Shown piece by piece: positions 43,321 to 54,225 of a stretch of DNA of 64,000 nt. The translations under genes were made by a program, and so were the position numbers. The stretch's first letter is position 1. The number at the start of each line of letters is the position of its first letter. Under the pieces are notes generated by a model. The model was not told the origin of the DNA. It did no database searches and saw only the letters and a list, made by a program, of their open reading frames with translations. Source of the stretch: Cyanidioschyzon merolae (taxonomy: Eukaryota); NCBI GenBank assembly GCA_000091205.1, contig AP006489.2. The stretch is one strand, 5' to 3'.

Positions 43321-44085
43321 GCTGTTTCACCGGGCACAAGCTCGAAAAGCGTGCCCTTGGCACAGGCAAGGCCAGCTATGTACTGGAACCCGCGCGAAAA
43401 AAAGCGAAATTGTTGTGGGAAATTTTTCCCGCGGCTCTGCAGCAGCCTGTGCGCAGCCACCGGAGAAGGCGCTTGCGTAAGCGCGACTTGCGGGCCCTTC
43501 GATGAGCGCCAATGGAGGATAGACGCAGGTCTTCGATGCTGGTGTTGCTCGCTTCCGCTGTGGTATTGGGACTGGTGCGGCAAACGCTCGCAAGGTGACG
43601 CGAATCTGTTAGATAGGCGAGCGGTGGCTCCGCTTCGACGAGCTCCCGGAGTTTACCTGGTCAACTTTTGTGCAGCTTGGAGGCGCTGCTCGACGTTCCA
43701 GCTTGTAGACAGTCTCATGAAGCAACCACGAAGACACTACGATTTAGGCACCGGTGTACTGAGCGTTATCAGGTGCTTCAGGGAAGCGAGGCGTGCAGGA
43801 CGTTAGGCCAACGTATTCAGAGGGCCGACTTCCTGCCACCCCTAATATCCGTTGTGTCGACGCTGCTTTGGCTCGTTCGATCGCTTGATGCATGCTGCCG
43901 CCAAAGGTCATAGCGACCTATCAGATTGTGCTCGGTACCTCCGGGATGCGGGTGCCAGGTGCGGACGCCTCAGAGCCGCGACCTGCACAAGTGTCGGATT
44001 GTACGCGGTGCTGTGTAAACTGCGAAGCGTTACGCTTAAGGAGACGCTAAGTTAAACATATAGATCTGAACTTTGCTCGGAAGCA

Positions 44086-45312
44086 TTAACAGAAATGCGA
44101 AGGTGGCGGCGTCTCTGGCACGGCACCGCGGCTGAAATGTTCTGCTGCGAACGCTTGAGCAGATTGATCGGAAAGTTGTTGTTGTTGTTGTTGTTGCTGC
44201 TGCTGCGGCACGGTGCCTCCCGAACTACTCTGCCACTCAACATTGCCATTGGACGGATAAGCTCCCATTTCCATGCTCGATATGGACTCGTTCGTTCGGT
44301 GCGTGGGTTCCCCAAAACCTGCTCCAGCTGATACCGCCATCGACCAGGGTGCCTCGACAGGCTGGCCATATGGTGAAACGATTGACTGGTAAGCCTGCGC
44401 CATATCTAGAGAATTTTGTGGTGCGTTCAGCGGCACGGCTCCCGCTCCTTGGAACGATGTCCCCGTGTACATGCCAGAAACATTTTCAGGATGCGCAAAA
44501 CTGGACGCAGTCGCCATCGCAGGCGGCTTACCGGATCCAGAAGGCATCATCATGGATTCCGTCCCAAAACGCGTCATCGTGCTGGGCGCTTTCTCTCCAG
44601 TTGCCGAGAAGGCCCCATTCACAGCTGACGACATTGACGGCATTGGTTGCGGTGCTGTTGCAAAAGCCGCAGGCGGTGCCGTTGACATGCCCTGCATCGT
44701 TCGGGATGCCTGTCGATGCGCTTGCCGTTGCAGCATCTGCTGCGCAGTCTCGAGCGCTTGGTGGACGCGGCTTGCCTCCTGTGCCTCGATCTGTGCCAGA
44801 GAAGCGCCCTGAAAGTGCACAGCTGCATAGGCATCGGCTCGCAACTCCTCAAATGAAACATCAACGCCCTTCACCGAACTCTTCGCATACGTATTGCCGT
44901 AGCAGGAGAGGGGCCAGACCCCTGATTCGTGACCTTCGCGCCACCAGTCCCAAAGCGTCTTTCTCTGGTTGTTACCACGCCCAGCTCCCTGGTTCGTTTC
45001 GCTGCCAGCTCCACGATCCGGTGCCCTTGCTGAATCGTTAACCCCGTAGGGCGCACCACCTGACATATTGAACGCGTTTGGTGTCACCGCCGGCCAGGTG
45101 CCGCCCCCGGCTGCTGGTGTGCCCGCCGTAGGCAAGCCTGAGGCCGGGAACCCTGCCTGTCCGCTTGCCGCAGGCATGCCAGGCCCGACCTGCTGGCGAC
45201 TGGCTCTCCCACCAAGCCCCGGTGGATGTTCATATCGACAACGGTCCCCGAACTTGCAGTTCCCCTGCAAATAGTAACGACAAACAACCATAGGCAAAAG
45301 CACCTCAGCCAC
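44086..45312 (-). CDS. NUP42: Nup42/NUPL2-like CCCH zinc-finger FG nucleoporin
   Basis: N-terminal C3H1 finger VCRYYLQGNCKFGDRCRYEHP (NUPL2: [21 protein letters not shown]). A central block ...WDWWREGHESGVWPLSCYGN...SFEELRADAYA parallels NUPL2 ...WESSGQWMFSVYSP...SPEELRLEYHN. G/A/P/S-rich tail with FA/FG dipeptides and a poly-Q run encoded by (GTT/GCT)n at 44175-44206. Confidence 0.6.
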   Translation of the reverse strand: MAEVLLPMVVCRYYLQGNCKFGDRCRYEHPPGLGGRASRQQVGPGMPAASGQAGFPASGLPTAGTPAAGGGTWPAVTPNAFNMSGGAPYGVNDSARAPDRGAGSETNQGAGRGNNQRKTLWDWWREGHESGVWPLSCYGNTYAKSSVKGVDVSFEELRADAYAAVHFQGASLAQIEAQEASRVHQALETAQQMLQRQAHRQASRTMQGMSTAPPAAFATAPQPMPSMSSAVNGAFSATGEKAPSTMTRFGTESMMMPSGSGKPPAMATASSFAHPENVSGMYTGTSFQGAGAVPLNAPQNSLDMAQAYQSIVSPYGQPVEAPWSMAVSAGAGFGEPTHRTNESISSMEMGAYPSNGNVEWQSSSGGTVPQQQQQQQQQQLSDQSAQAFAAEHFSRGAVPETPPPSHFC

Positions 45313-45956
45313 CTGAAGCCGTCGAGGCCCGCTCTCCTTACAAACGCCCTATTCAAAATTATCAACCGTAACTTCAGGTTTTCCAGAAGAGCGCAAACCG
45401 CGGCTACGGTGCTTGCACTTGGTCCACAGCAACACCAGTGCTGGGTTCACAGTGAACGCGTCGCTCGACAAGGGTGTCTTCCGAGACCCGGTCGACTACG
45501 CGATGCGAAACTTGCCGTCTCCTCGACACAGAACACGAACCGTACACACCCCAGTCTATAGTTGAAAAGCTATCTCTGGTGCCTGTGCACCCTAGAGCAC
45601 GAAAAAGTCAGTGCTAACCTCCGCAGCCGTCGCTGGTCTGGGTAGTGCGACAGCCGCGACTGCTGTGGCCGCTGCCAGCTTGATGTGCCATACCAGCTGT
45701 GCAGCGTGAGACGCACGCTCTTCGAACGGAACGACCAGTTACCTGTTGTGGTGCTTGTCTGACTGTTTGACTGGCGCTTGGTGAACACGGAGCAGGTGAC
45801 ACGTGCATCATACCCGAAAAGCAGTGACCCCGTGGTGTCCAGACCGTGTGACGGACGCTTGCTTACCGTGCGAGCGCTGCAAAGCGGCTGCTGTGGATCG
45901 CTCACGAAAGCGCTTGCGAGGAGCCACGAGCGTCGGATACGCTATTCGCCCGTCCA

Positions 45957-47660
45957 ATGACATTTATAGTGCCCTCGCGAGGAGTTCGTGCCCCACAAAA
46001 GCACGCAGTGTTGCAAGCGAGGCGTCCGCGGGGACCCGGTCCCTTGACGAGGTGCTGGCGCTTGGCACCCCTGCGGGCGAGCCTCGAAAGGCCGCGCTCT
46101 GTGACCCCTGCCGACGACGACAACCAGGTGCTCGGCTCGACCAAAGTACCGACTCGGAAACGGGAACCCACAAGTGCATACAGTTACATCGACAGGGCAC
46201 GCATCCGCGTCAAGGGAGGCGACGGCGGTGACGGGTGTGTAGCTTGGCGTCGAGAGCGTGGCAACGCACGCGGTGGACCCGCTGGTGGCAACGGTGGACG
46301 AGGCGGTGACGTCTACCTCGTGGCAGACGCCGGACTAAATACTCTAGTCAAGTTCGGAAGTGTGGTTCACTTCACGGCTGAGAACGGAGAAAAGGGTCAG
46401 CCGAAAAACTGCACTGGCGCCGATGGCAAGGCGCTGGAGCTGCGAGTCCCGCTCGGTACAGTTGTCTACGACGCAGAAACGGGAGCGCTCTTGGGCGATC
46501 TTGACCAGGTTGGTGCGCGGTTGCTGGTCGCACGGGGTGGTCGCGGTGGTCGCGGCAACGCAGCCTTCAAAACGGATCGAAACCGAGCGCCCGTTATCCG
46601 CGAAAAGGGTGAACCCGGCACCGGCTGCTGGCTTCGTCTGGAACTGCGCGTGCTCGCCGATATCGGCATTATAGGGTGTCCCAATGCTGGCAAATCAACT
46701 TGGCTTGCAGCGGTGAGCAACGCGCGACCAAAGATTGCTGACTATCCCTTTACCACTCTGGTTCCGAATCTGGGCGTCTACGCTGAGAACGTTGTCCTTG
46801 CGGATATACCGGGGCTTTGCGAGGGCGCCCATCTCGGGCGAGGGCTTGGTATAGGATTTCTCCGCCATATTGAGCGCTGCCGCATGATACTGCATTTGGT
46901 TGCAGGAGATGCACCAGATCCTCTCTATGATCTACAGGCTATTCGTTTGGAGTTGGCGTTGTTCAATCCGCGTCTGGTCCAAGACAAATTGCACGTCGTG
47001 CTCTTTACGAAGATGGATTTGCCTTTGGCCCAGCAGCGTTGGAATGATGCTTCTTTCCGCGAGGCGTTCCAGAAGGCAGTGGGGCACCGCCGGATTGCCG
47101 CCGTATCAGCAGTTACGGGCCAGGGTGTAGAGGAAACCATGCAGCGTGTATGCAAGCTCCTGGAGAAAATCCCGCAACCTGACCGCTTAAGCTCGCTGCC
47201 TGATGCATCTCCTGGTGTGCTAGAGCAATCGCGGAGCCCAGCAGCCGCTGATACCTTTCGTGGTGATCATGACGCCATCGGTGCGAGCGTGGATGGCACG
47301 TTCCGTATCCAAAAGGAGCGAATGGCAGATGGCCAGCGGCGCTGGCGCATACTGGGTTTGCCCAAGCTCGAAAGACTCGCTGTTATGACGGACTGGGCGT
47401 ACCCAGAGGCCGTGGATCGCTTTCAGCGAGTACTTCGAGCGCTGGGGGTCACGGAGGCGCTCTCGCAGAGCGGCATTCGCGCCGGTGATGTTGTCGTCAT
47501 TGCGAATATTGAATTCGACTATACCCCCGATGATAATGTGTTTTACCAGAATGCCCTAGAGGACGGTGTGGACTTGTTTAAGGACACAAGCGATGTCGAG
47601 ATCGCTGTGGATGAGGATCACGATTATCGTGAATGGAGCGAAAACGTTTCGCAATCATAG
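45957..47660 (+). CDS. OBG: Obg-family GTPase (bacterial/organellar type with C-terminal OCT domain) with roughly 85-aa N-terminal presequence
   Basis: Obg fold YIDRARIRVKGGDGGDGCVAWRRE...GGNGGRGGDVYL...ARGGRGGRGNAAF. G domain GIIGCPNAGKSTWL (G1), YPFTTLVPNLGV, ADIPGL (G3), LFTKMDL (G4). C-terminal OCT domain DGTFRIQKERMADGQRRWRILG...GDVVVIANIEFDY. The N-terminus MTFIVPSRGVRAPQKHAVLQARRPRGPGP is Arg/Pro-rich and not Obg-like. Confidence 0.9.
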   Translation: MTFIVPSRGVRAPQKHAVLQARRPRGPGPLTRCWRLAPLRASLERPRSVTPADDDNQVLGSTKVPTRKREPTSAYSYIDRARIRVKGGDGGDGCVAWRRERGNARGGPAGGNGGRGGDVYLVADAGLNTLVKFGSVVHFTAENGEKGQPKNCTGADGKALELRVPLGTVVYDAETGALLGDLDQVGARLLVARGGRGGRGNAAFKTDRNRAPVIREKGEPGTGCWLRLELRVLADIGIIGCPNAGKSTWLAAVSNARPKIADYPFTTLVPNLGVYAENVVLADIPGLCEGAHLGRGLGIGFLRHIERCRMILHLVAGDAPDPLYDLQAIRLELALFNPRLVQDKLHVVLFTKMDLPLAQQRWNDASFREAFQKAVGHRRIAAVSAVTGQGVEETMQRVCKLLEKIPQPDRLSSLPDASPGVLEQSRSPAAADTFRGDHDAIGASVDGTFRIQKERMADGQRRWRILGLPKLERLAVMTDWAYPEAVDRFQRVLRALGVTEALSQSGIRAGDVVVIANIEFDYTPDDNVFYQNALEDGVDLFKDTSDVEIAVDEDHDYREWSENVSQS

Positions 47661-49741
47661 AGGGTGAATGCGTACCCATTCGGAGACGCCTTCCAGCCGT
47701 GTTCGACCGGCCGCCTGCTATCGGTTTCCGTTTTTCCAGGCACACCTCGAGCTTGAGAGGCTACCTCACAAAGTTAGATCACTTGAGCTCCTCGGGTATC
47801 GTCTTCGGCACCACACATTGTCTGATATTCGTAGCAGCGTAAAGTCTCGTTTCACGAACTCTATGGGTTTCTCGTTGCTGGTGGAACTCATCCGCGAAAG
47901 GATAGCTAAAATGCGTGCCGCTACAGCCTAGTTATCGTGTCGTCGGGCAAACACCTTGTCTCACTTGTCTCCCCTTTTACTTTTGCTGCCTCATCACTTG
48001 CTCTTCTTCGCTTGATGGTTAGTGAGATGCGGATTTATTTCGCTTGTTTCCGACGACCGGGGATGACTGTCCTCCGGGATCCTTGAATCTCACGCCCATA
48101 CCCTTTGCTTGGATTTTTTATTTCTTAGAAATGAACGCATTTCTGTATGCCCCTGTGTGAGGGCGTTCCCAGATGCACGATAGCTCGCACAAGAAAGACG
48201 ACATGTGCCCTGGGTTGTTAGCGTGCAGAACGCTCAAGCGATTCGCCCAGTGGAGCGATTATTAATTTCACAATAGAAAACATTTCTTATACGTGGTTGA
48301 AACATGCAGCGTACGGAGGATAGAGAAGCAGCTCTACTCCTGGGACAGATTCGACACAAGCTCGAACGCTAGGGGAATGGTGAAATACCACGCTCTCCAA
48401 CAGAAGGACGTTGCCAGATGTCAGGGAAAAGTCTTGTGTAATTCGAGCAAGTGGCTGATGCAGTTGTTCAGGCCTTCTCTACGAGCGAAACTGAGCCGCC
48501 AAATGAATCCACCGCAGCTAGAACAGATGGTGTCGTCGTCGTCCAGTTGGATCGCACATAAAACGGGCTCCATCTCCGAGAAAAAACATTCACGCTCCGA
48601 CCATTTCGTCCGAAGGAACTATGATCGAATGAAAAAACAAACCGACATCCCTGTGCTTCATAGCGATCGCGAAGTTCCAGGTACGCTGTTGATGCGTTTT
48701 TGGTAAACAATGGCCGTACATGAACTAAGACTTTTTTTCGACTGTATCCCAGTGTTTTTCGGGACCAAACGAACTAGATGTTGCGAAACAGAGACGCCCA
48801 TGATGGCTGCTGCGATCGTTGCTTTTGCTTTCCGTAAGGTAGTCAGCAGGTCGTTTTCCTACCCTTGACCGCAAGAAGTCTTGAATAATATCGGTATTCG
48901 GCGCAAAGCGCATCTGCTTGTTTCTTGCAGGGTTCGCCAACCACCTGAGTACTGTGGTATGACTGACACTGAGGATTCATGCGGCGCTCCTTATACAGTT
49001 CAGTAAAGAATCTATCCTACAGGGAATTCGTCCAGGAGGTATAGAGCGCATTGCATCCTGCCCTCGATCACCTGCTATCCACCGCAGCACAAGTGAAGCA
49101 AAACTGAGTTGTGAGACCTGAACAAGGTCGATCACCTGCAGCGGATTTCGTTCGTCCGACGCCTCTAAGATCGCATTGGTACGGGGACATGAACTTCGCG
49201 GCCATTGCTCGCCTGCGAACGGTATGATGCGTAGACCAAGTTCGTGTTCCAAGTCATGGTGATGGTCACGGTGATGCGTATCACAGAACGACCAGAAAGG
49301 GCCGGTGCGGCAGCCGCCGCCGCCGCCGACGACGACATCCGTCGGGAGACCCCTTCATGGCGTCAGTAGGTCTAGGCGGGACGACTCACGAGCGGAGCGA
49401 ATCCTAATAACTGGCTTTGCCTTGTTCGTAAAACGTGCGGGCATGAAATCTCGTATCTGAGGTTTTAATGAGCACGCCCCTGATTCTATGAAGGAAAAGC
49501 GGAACCGAATCGCGAGACTGAGCATCGCGGTCTGCCGCCGAGAGCATGCGACCGAGACAGCTTTCGTCCTGTAGACACTAGGCATCCACGTACACCGGAA
49601 AACAAACACGACTCCATTGGATGCAGTAACCAGTGCCTCGTTCACAGAAGCGTTTCGCGGTGCGCATCCATGCTATGCCGGCGTCGACGCTGAACGCGCA
49701 GCCTCCGTGCGCACTCCAACGTCGATAGCCATTTGCGTCGG

Positions 49742-49856
49742 GACACGTGTCTGCGTCCCGCGAACAGCACGCATGGACGTCTGTAGTGCGCTGCAGCGCA
49801 CTAGGCGAGGACACGTGTCCGCATACCGCGAGCAGCACGCATGGACACACAGAGTG
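49742..49856. repeat. Imperfect roughly 68-bp tandem duplication carrying two perfect 10-bp palindromes GACACGTGTC (E-box/G-box core CACGTG)
   Basis: gacacgtgtc at 49742-49751 and 49810-49819. Each is followed by (c/t)gc(g/a)t(c/a)ccgcga(a/g)cagcacgcatggac. Confidence 0.85.
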
Positions 49857-50062
49857 CCGACTCCCGCCGAGTTGCTCTCTACGTTGTACGAGCAACGCCG
49901 CTTCATTGCCTCCCGTGGCATGTTTCGCGCTCCCATAAGACTTGCGGCGTCATGGAAAAGGCACTCGACTCGCGTACGGCACTAGCAGTTGCCGCCAACG
50001 TCGAACTGCGCAATGCGGATGCTGCAGGCGATATGCGTCTCCGAAACAAACCATGTGGCGCT

Positions 50063-52003
50063 TCACCCACCTGCATACAAGCGTTGTATTTGCGCCGCAT
50101 AACGAGCTTCGATGAATGCGCGTCGCAACTTCAGCGTAGGTGTCAGAGTCTGATCTTCCACAGAGAACGCGCGGGGAACAATCCAAGCCTTGCGCACTTG
50201 CGCAGCTCGAGAAACGGCTTGTCTGTTCGCTTTCGCAAGACCCTGCTCCACGTACCGATTCCAGGGTGTACCAAGAACTGCGGCTTCCGCCGATGCATCC
50301 GCTGCCGTCCGAGTCGCGTCATCTACGGCGGCTGCTTCACCGATGAGCGTCTCCCCGTCAGGCGCAGTCTGCAACGACAGGAGACAGCTGAGGAATTTTC
50401 GCCGATCACCGATCACCATGGCGCGCGCTACTGCCGGCATGGCGCTCTCCAGGGCTCGTTCTAGTGGCGCTGGTGCAATATTCTCGCCTCCAGCTGTCAC
50501 TATAAGCTCTTTCAAGCGTCCAGTGATCCAAATGAAACCGTCACGATCGATTGTCGCCAGATCACCGGTACGGAAAAAGCCATCGCTCGTAAAAGCAACA
50601 GCAGTACTCGCCGGGTCATTAAAGTACGCTTTGAACACGTGCGAGCCCTGAACCTGCAGCTCCGATGTCTCGGCATCGACGCGAACGCAGGTTCCCGGTA
50701 GCGGCCGGCCGGAGCTCCCCCTTCGGTACGCCCTCGGGAGGTTGATTGCAATCGGACCGGTGCATTCAGTCATTCCGTAGAGATCGCAGATTCGCATGCC
50801 CAGAGAGCTGAAGTAGTCGAGGGTTTCAGGTCCCAAGGGTGCAGCAGAGGAAATCAGGATGCGAGCTCGATCGAGACCGAGCGCTCGGCGAATAGGCCAA
50901 AGCACGAGGCGGTCGGCCAGCCACGCCGACCAGCTTGGACACCAATCTGCTTGTGGATATTCCCAGCGCTGGATATCGCTGAACATGACGCGCTTCGCCC
51001 AGGTGGAAACGTGTCGGATTGGTGCCGGCTGACTCGCGGCGACCTCTTGGAGCTGTTCGGCGATGCGCTCCCAGACCCGCGGCACACCGACGAAAAAGTC
51101 TGGTCGCACCGCTCGCAGCGTTCGCACGAGAGAACGGGAACCAGGCTGCAGCACGTCGGGATCTGCAAAGTGTAGAGAAAATCCGACAATGGCGGGTCCG
51201 ATAATGTCGAGCATGGTAGCCGCCACGTGCGACAGCGGCAGGTACGAGACGCCACGCCAGGTCTCATCGAACTGAACGAGCCTCCGTGCGCTCTCAATGA
51301 CAAACAGGACGTTACGATGCGAGAGCGCGACGGCCTTGGGCGTCCCGCTGGTTCCCGAGGTAAAGACAATCAGCGCTGCTTGGTCAGCGTTCTGAGCGCG
51401 ATGGCGGTGCATGAGAACGATGTTCCCGTCGTCCAGTGAGCATCCTGCATTCAGAAATGTATGCCACGACATGACACGAGTATCCATGGACGCAAACGTT
51501 TTTGTTTGCGAGACGGTGTCATCGTCGGGACTCGTCGCTGTACTTGGCCATAAGACGAGATGCTTTAGTTTCAGGTCTGGGAATGCTGCTGCTGCTGCAG
51601 CTGCTGCTGCTGCGACGAGGCGCATTCCACAGTCGCCATCCTCCCCAAAAGCGACGACGCACCGACCAAGCTCTAGCAGCTGCCGACAGCTTGCCTCACT
51701 GCTCGTCGGATAGATGCCGTATGGTAACACGCCAGCAAGCAACGCACCCCAATACGCTATAAGGTATTTGGGGCTATTCGAGCCGAATATGGCCACCGTT
51801 GCCCCAGGTTCAACTCCCAGAGCGACCAGGGCACGTGCCACGTCCACGCACGCTTCATAGTATTCAGCATAGGTGTAGTGGCAAGCGTTCGGCCGATACT
51901 GAACGAGCGCAGTTCGGCTTCCGTGCCGCTCAGCGGTGTGTTGAAACGCCTCGGGCAGCGTTGATGACAAGTTATTAGCCGTCGACATGGTCACCGGAAG
52001 CAA
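50063..52003 (-). CDS. Long-chain fatty-acid--CoA ligase (AMP-binding superfamily)
   Basis: AMP-binding motif I FTSGTSGTPKAVALSHRNV. Motif II/III region YGMTECTG...TGDLATIDRDGFIWITGRLKELIVTAGGENIAP. Poly-Ala run encoded by (GCT)n at 51585-51613. Confidence 0.85.
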   Translation of the reverse strand: MLPVTMSTANNLSSTLPEAFQHTAERHGSRTALVQYRPNACHYTYAEYYEACVDVARALVALGVEPGATVAIFGSNSPKYLIAYWGALLAGVLPYGIYPTSSEASCRQLLELGRCVVAFGEDGDCGMRLVAAAAAAAAAAFPDLKLKHLVLWPSTATSPDDDTVSQTKTFASMDTRVMSWHTFLNAGCSLDDGNIVLMHRHRAQNADQAALIVFTSGTSGTPKAVALSHRNVLFVIESARRLVQFDETWRGVSYLPLSHVAATMLDIIGPAIVGFSLHFADPDVLQPGSRSLVRTLRAVRPDFFVGVPRVWERIAEQLQEVAASQPAPIRHVSTWAKRVMFSDIQRWEYPQADWCPSWSAWLADRLVLWPIRRALGLDRARILISSAAPLGPETLDYFSSLGMRICDLYGMTECTGPIAINLPRAYRRGSSGRPLPGTCVRVDAETSELQVQGSHVFKAYFNDPASTAVAFTSDGFFRTGDLATIDRDGFIWITGRLKELIVTAGGENIAPAPLERALESAMPAVARAMVIGDRRKFLSCLLSLQTAPDGETLIGEAAAVDDATRTAADASAEAAVLGTPWNRYVEQGLAKANRQAVSRAAQVRKAWIVPRAFSVEDQTLTPTLKLRRAFIEARYAAQIQRLYAGG

Positions 52004-53992
52004 CTTGTTTCAGATATAGACGTCCGTCGTTGTTGTCGTCGATCGACGCGGAGCAACGAGTCACCACCGGTTTCCGCTGCCGGACTCGAAGCACCTACCG
52101 TTGTCCACGTCACGAACGACCATAGAGTCAATAGGCACTATCCAGTTTCCTGTTCGGTGTCGTTTTCGTTCAGGGCACCAGATCGAGACAGTTTCCTGGT
52201 AGAGTACGCGGGGCGTCGAACGGCAATGCTAGTTTTCAGAAGTACAGCGTACGCGTCTCGCGACTGAATACAATCAAGTTTGGGTGATTCGGGGGCTGCT
52301 CTAACGAAAACGCTGCAACCTGATACCAGTAGATTCGACTAATCTTTCGTTCTGGTCCAATGAATCAAACCATCACGCCACTGGATGTATGATGGCTATG
52401 GGGAACTAGGAGCGTGACTCCTGTTCCTCGCTGAGTACGACAAGGTTCCAGAGACTCTGGACGAATCGCTCCTTCGGGAGTAGGAGCCGGAACCAACCAG
52501 CGGACCTTGCGAGTGCGGAGGCTCTCTCTTACACCCGCTACAACGCTGAGTGCTTCGTTACGCTGTTCATGCAGAGACCGGAAAGCTTTGCGGTGCTTTA
52601 TGGACGTCAACTCTACACAAGACCAGACGTGTCGGACACACGCTAGCTAGATTCGGTTTCTCCAACGGCATGCGCTGCGATCTGTTGTTCTTGTAGCGCG
52701 CCTGCCGAGTCCATTGCGAAGACATCATCAACGAGCGCCGCAACGTTTTGGGTACGGTAGCCACTCTAGGCATGCAATGGGTCATGGCACGAGCGCGGGT
52801 GTATCCACAGTGTCGTGCGATGGACTCGAATTCTGCGCTCTAGCAACCACAATAGCAACAGCATTACTCCCTGTACGCGCTAGGAAGCGACTCCAGCGGC
52901 GCTGTGTACCTCGTGTAATCATCGCTGAGCGCTACACGGTATCGAGCGACCACCACAGGCGCACCAACTGGCCGATCTGTTCGTCCGCAGCCGGAAAGCC
53001 CACATACGCCCGCAACGAGGTCATAGATGCGCAAACTCGGTGCAGGAGCGTTGCTGCATGGTGCACGTGCCTACGCTCGGCGTGCGTCTCTTGCGCATGC
53101 GCTGATGCCAGCGCCGGTGAATCCGGATACGCGGCCCGCATCGACATGGAGGCTGGTGCTAGGACCCAGTGCGTAGCGCGCCTTCACGCCATCGAGACTT
53201 GTGGAAACTGGTGTCGTGATTTCGGCATGGTTCTCTTCCGAGCAAGGCACGGATTTGCTGGCGGGTTTAGCGGAATGCATTCGTGCAATGCAAAACAAAC
53301 GTAGCAGATCCACGGTCTATTGCAGCATTTCGATAGCGTTGCGTACGACTTTACCTGTTCCCGCATTCGTGGACTGTCCATGATACGAATGGACCCCGAC
53401 GCATAAACAAAGCGCACCACTATAGTATTGCACGGACCGCATTTTCGCCACTGTCCTGCTATGAAGTCTTTCAAACGGGCATAGACTGCCTCCAGCACGT
53501 TGTTATGATCCGGCACATGCCAACGGCAACGCGTCCGACACGAACACCCGACGCATCCAGCGGTGCATCGTGTAAGCGAATCGGGCGCCACCATCCATTC
53601 CAAGCTCCACCTGGAATCAGGAGCTCGTCCACCAGACGCCAAACAGCTCAGAAACTAGACGTAGAGGCAGCGCAGAGATGCATCTAAATGGGGAATCCTC
53701 GCATCGCACAGAGAGAGGCACACCGGGATCGTTTCCAGCTACCTGCGTGGAGCATGCGATCACGGCAAGCGACCGTCAAACTCGGCACTCTGCTCGCCTT
53801 TGTATGGACAGCTTCCGCGATATACCGATACGTCGCACATCCACTGTAACGCTCGTCGGATTCGCTGCCTGAAAATTCGCCCCAATGCATCATACAGCAT
53901 CGCAGTGGAAACGCTGAGCGACAGCCGCTCAGCGTGCAACGACTGGGTGTGCATGCGCCCACGGCCGAGTGGATCTCCCTGCTTCGCTGCGA

Positions 53993-54110
53993 TCGCGCAC
54001 GCACGCATACGCACGCACGCATACGCACGCACGCATACGCACGCACGCATACGCACGCACGCATACGCACGCACGCATACGCACGCACGCATACGCACGC
54101 ACGCATACGC
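53993..54110. repeat. 14-bp microsatellite (gcatacgcacgcac)n, about 8.5 units
   Basis: Read directly. It translates as [14 protein letters not shown] in the upstream-extended DXR ORF, so that part is not coding. Confidence 0.9.
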
Positions 54111-54225
54111 GCTGTTGCAGAATACCGTACACTGTTCAGCGCTGCGCTGCTGCACCGAGGCCGGCTACCAGCACACTCTTCTCGTGCATGGTAAGCGTTG
54201 TTTTAATATTGAATTGAACCAATAT

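Noticed and set aside
53800-54225. DXR CDS starting at 53800 as given by the ORF track
   Set aside because: That extension is translated from a 14-bp microsatellite ([14 protein letters not shown] x3) and flanking low-complexity sequence. The start is moved to 54226.
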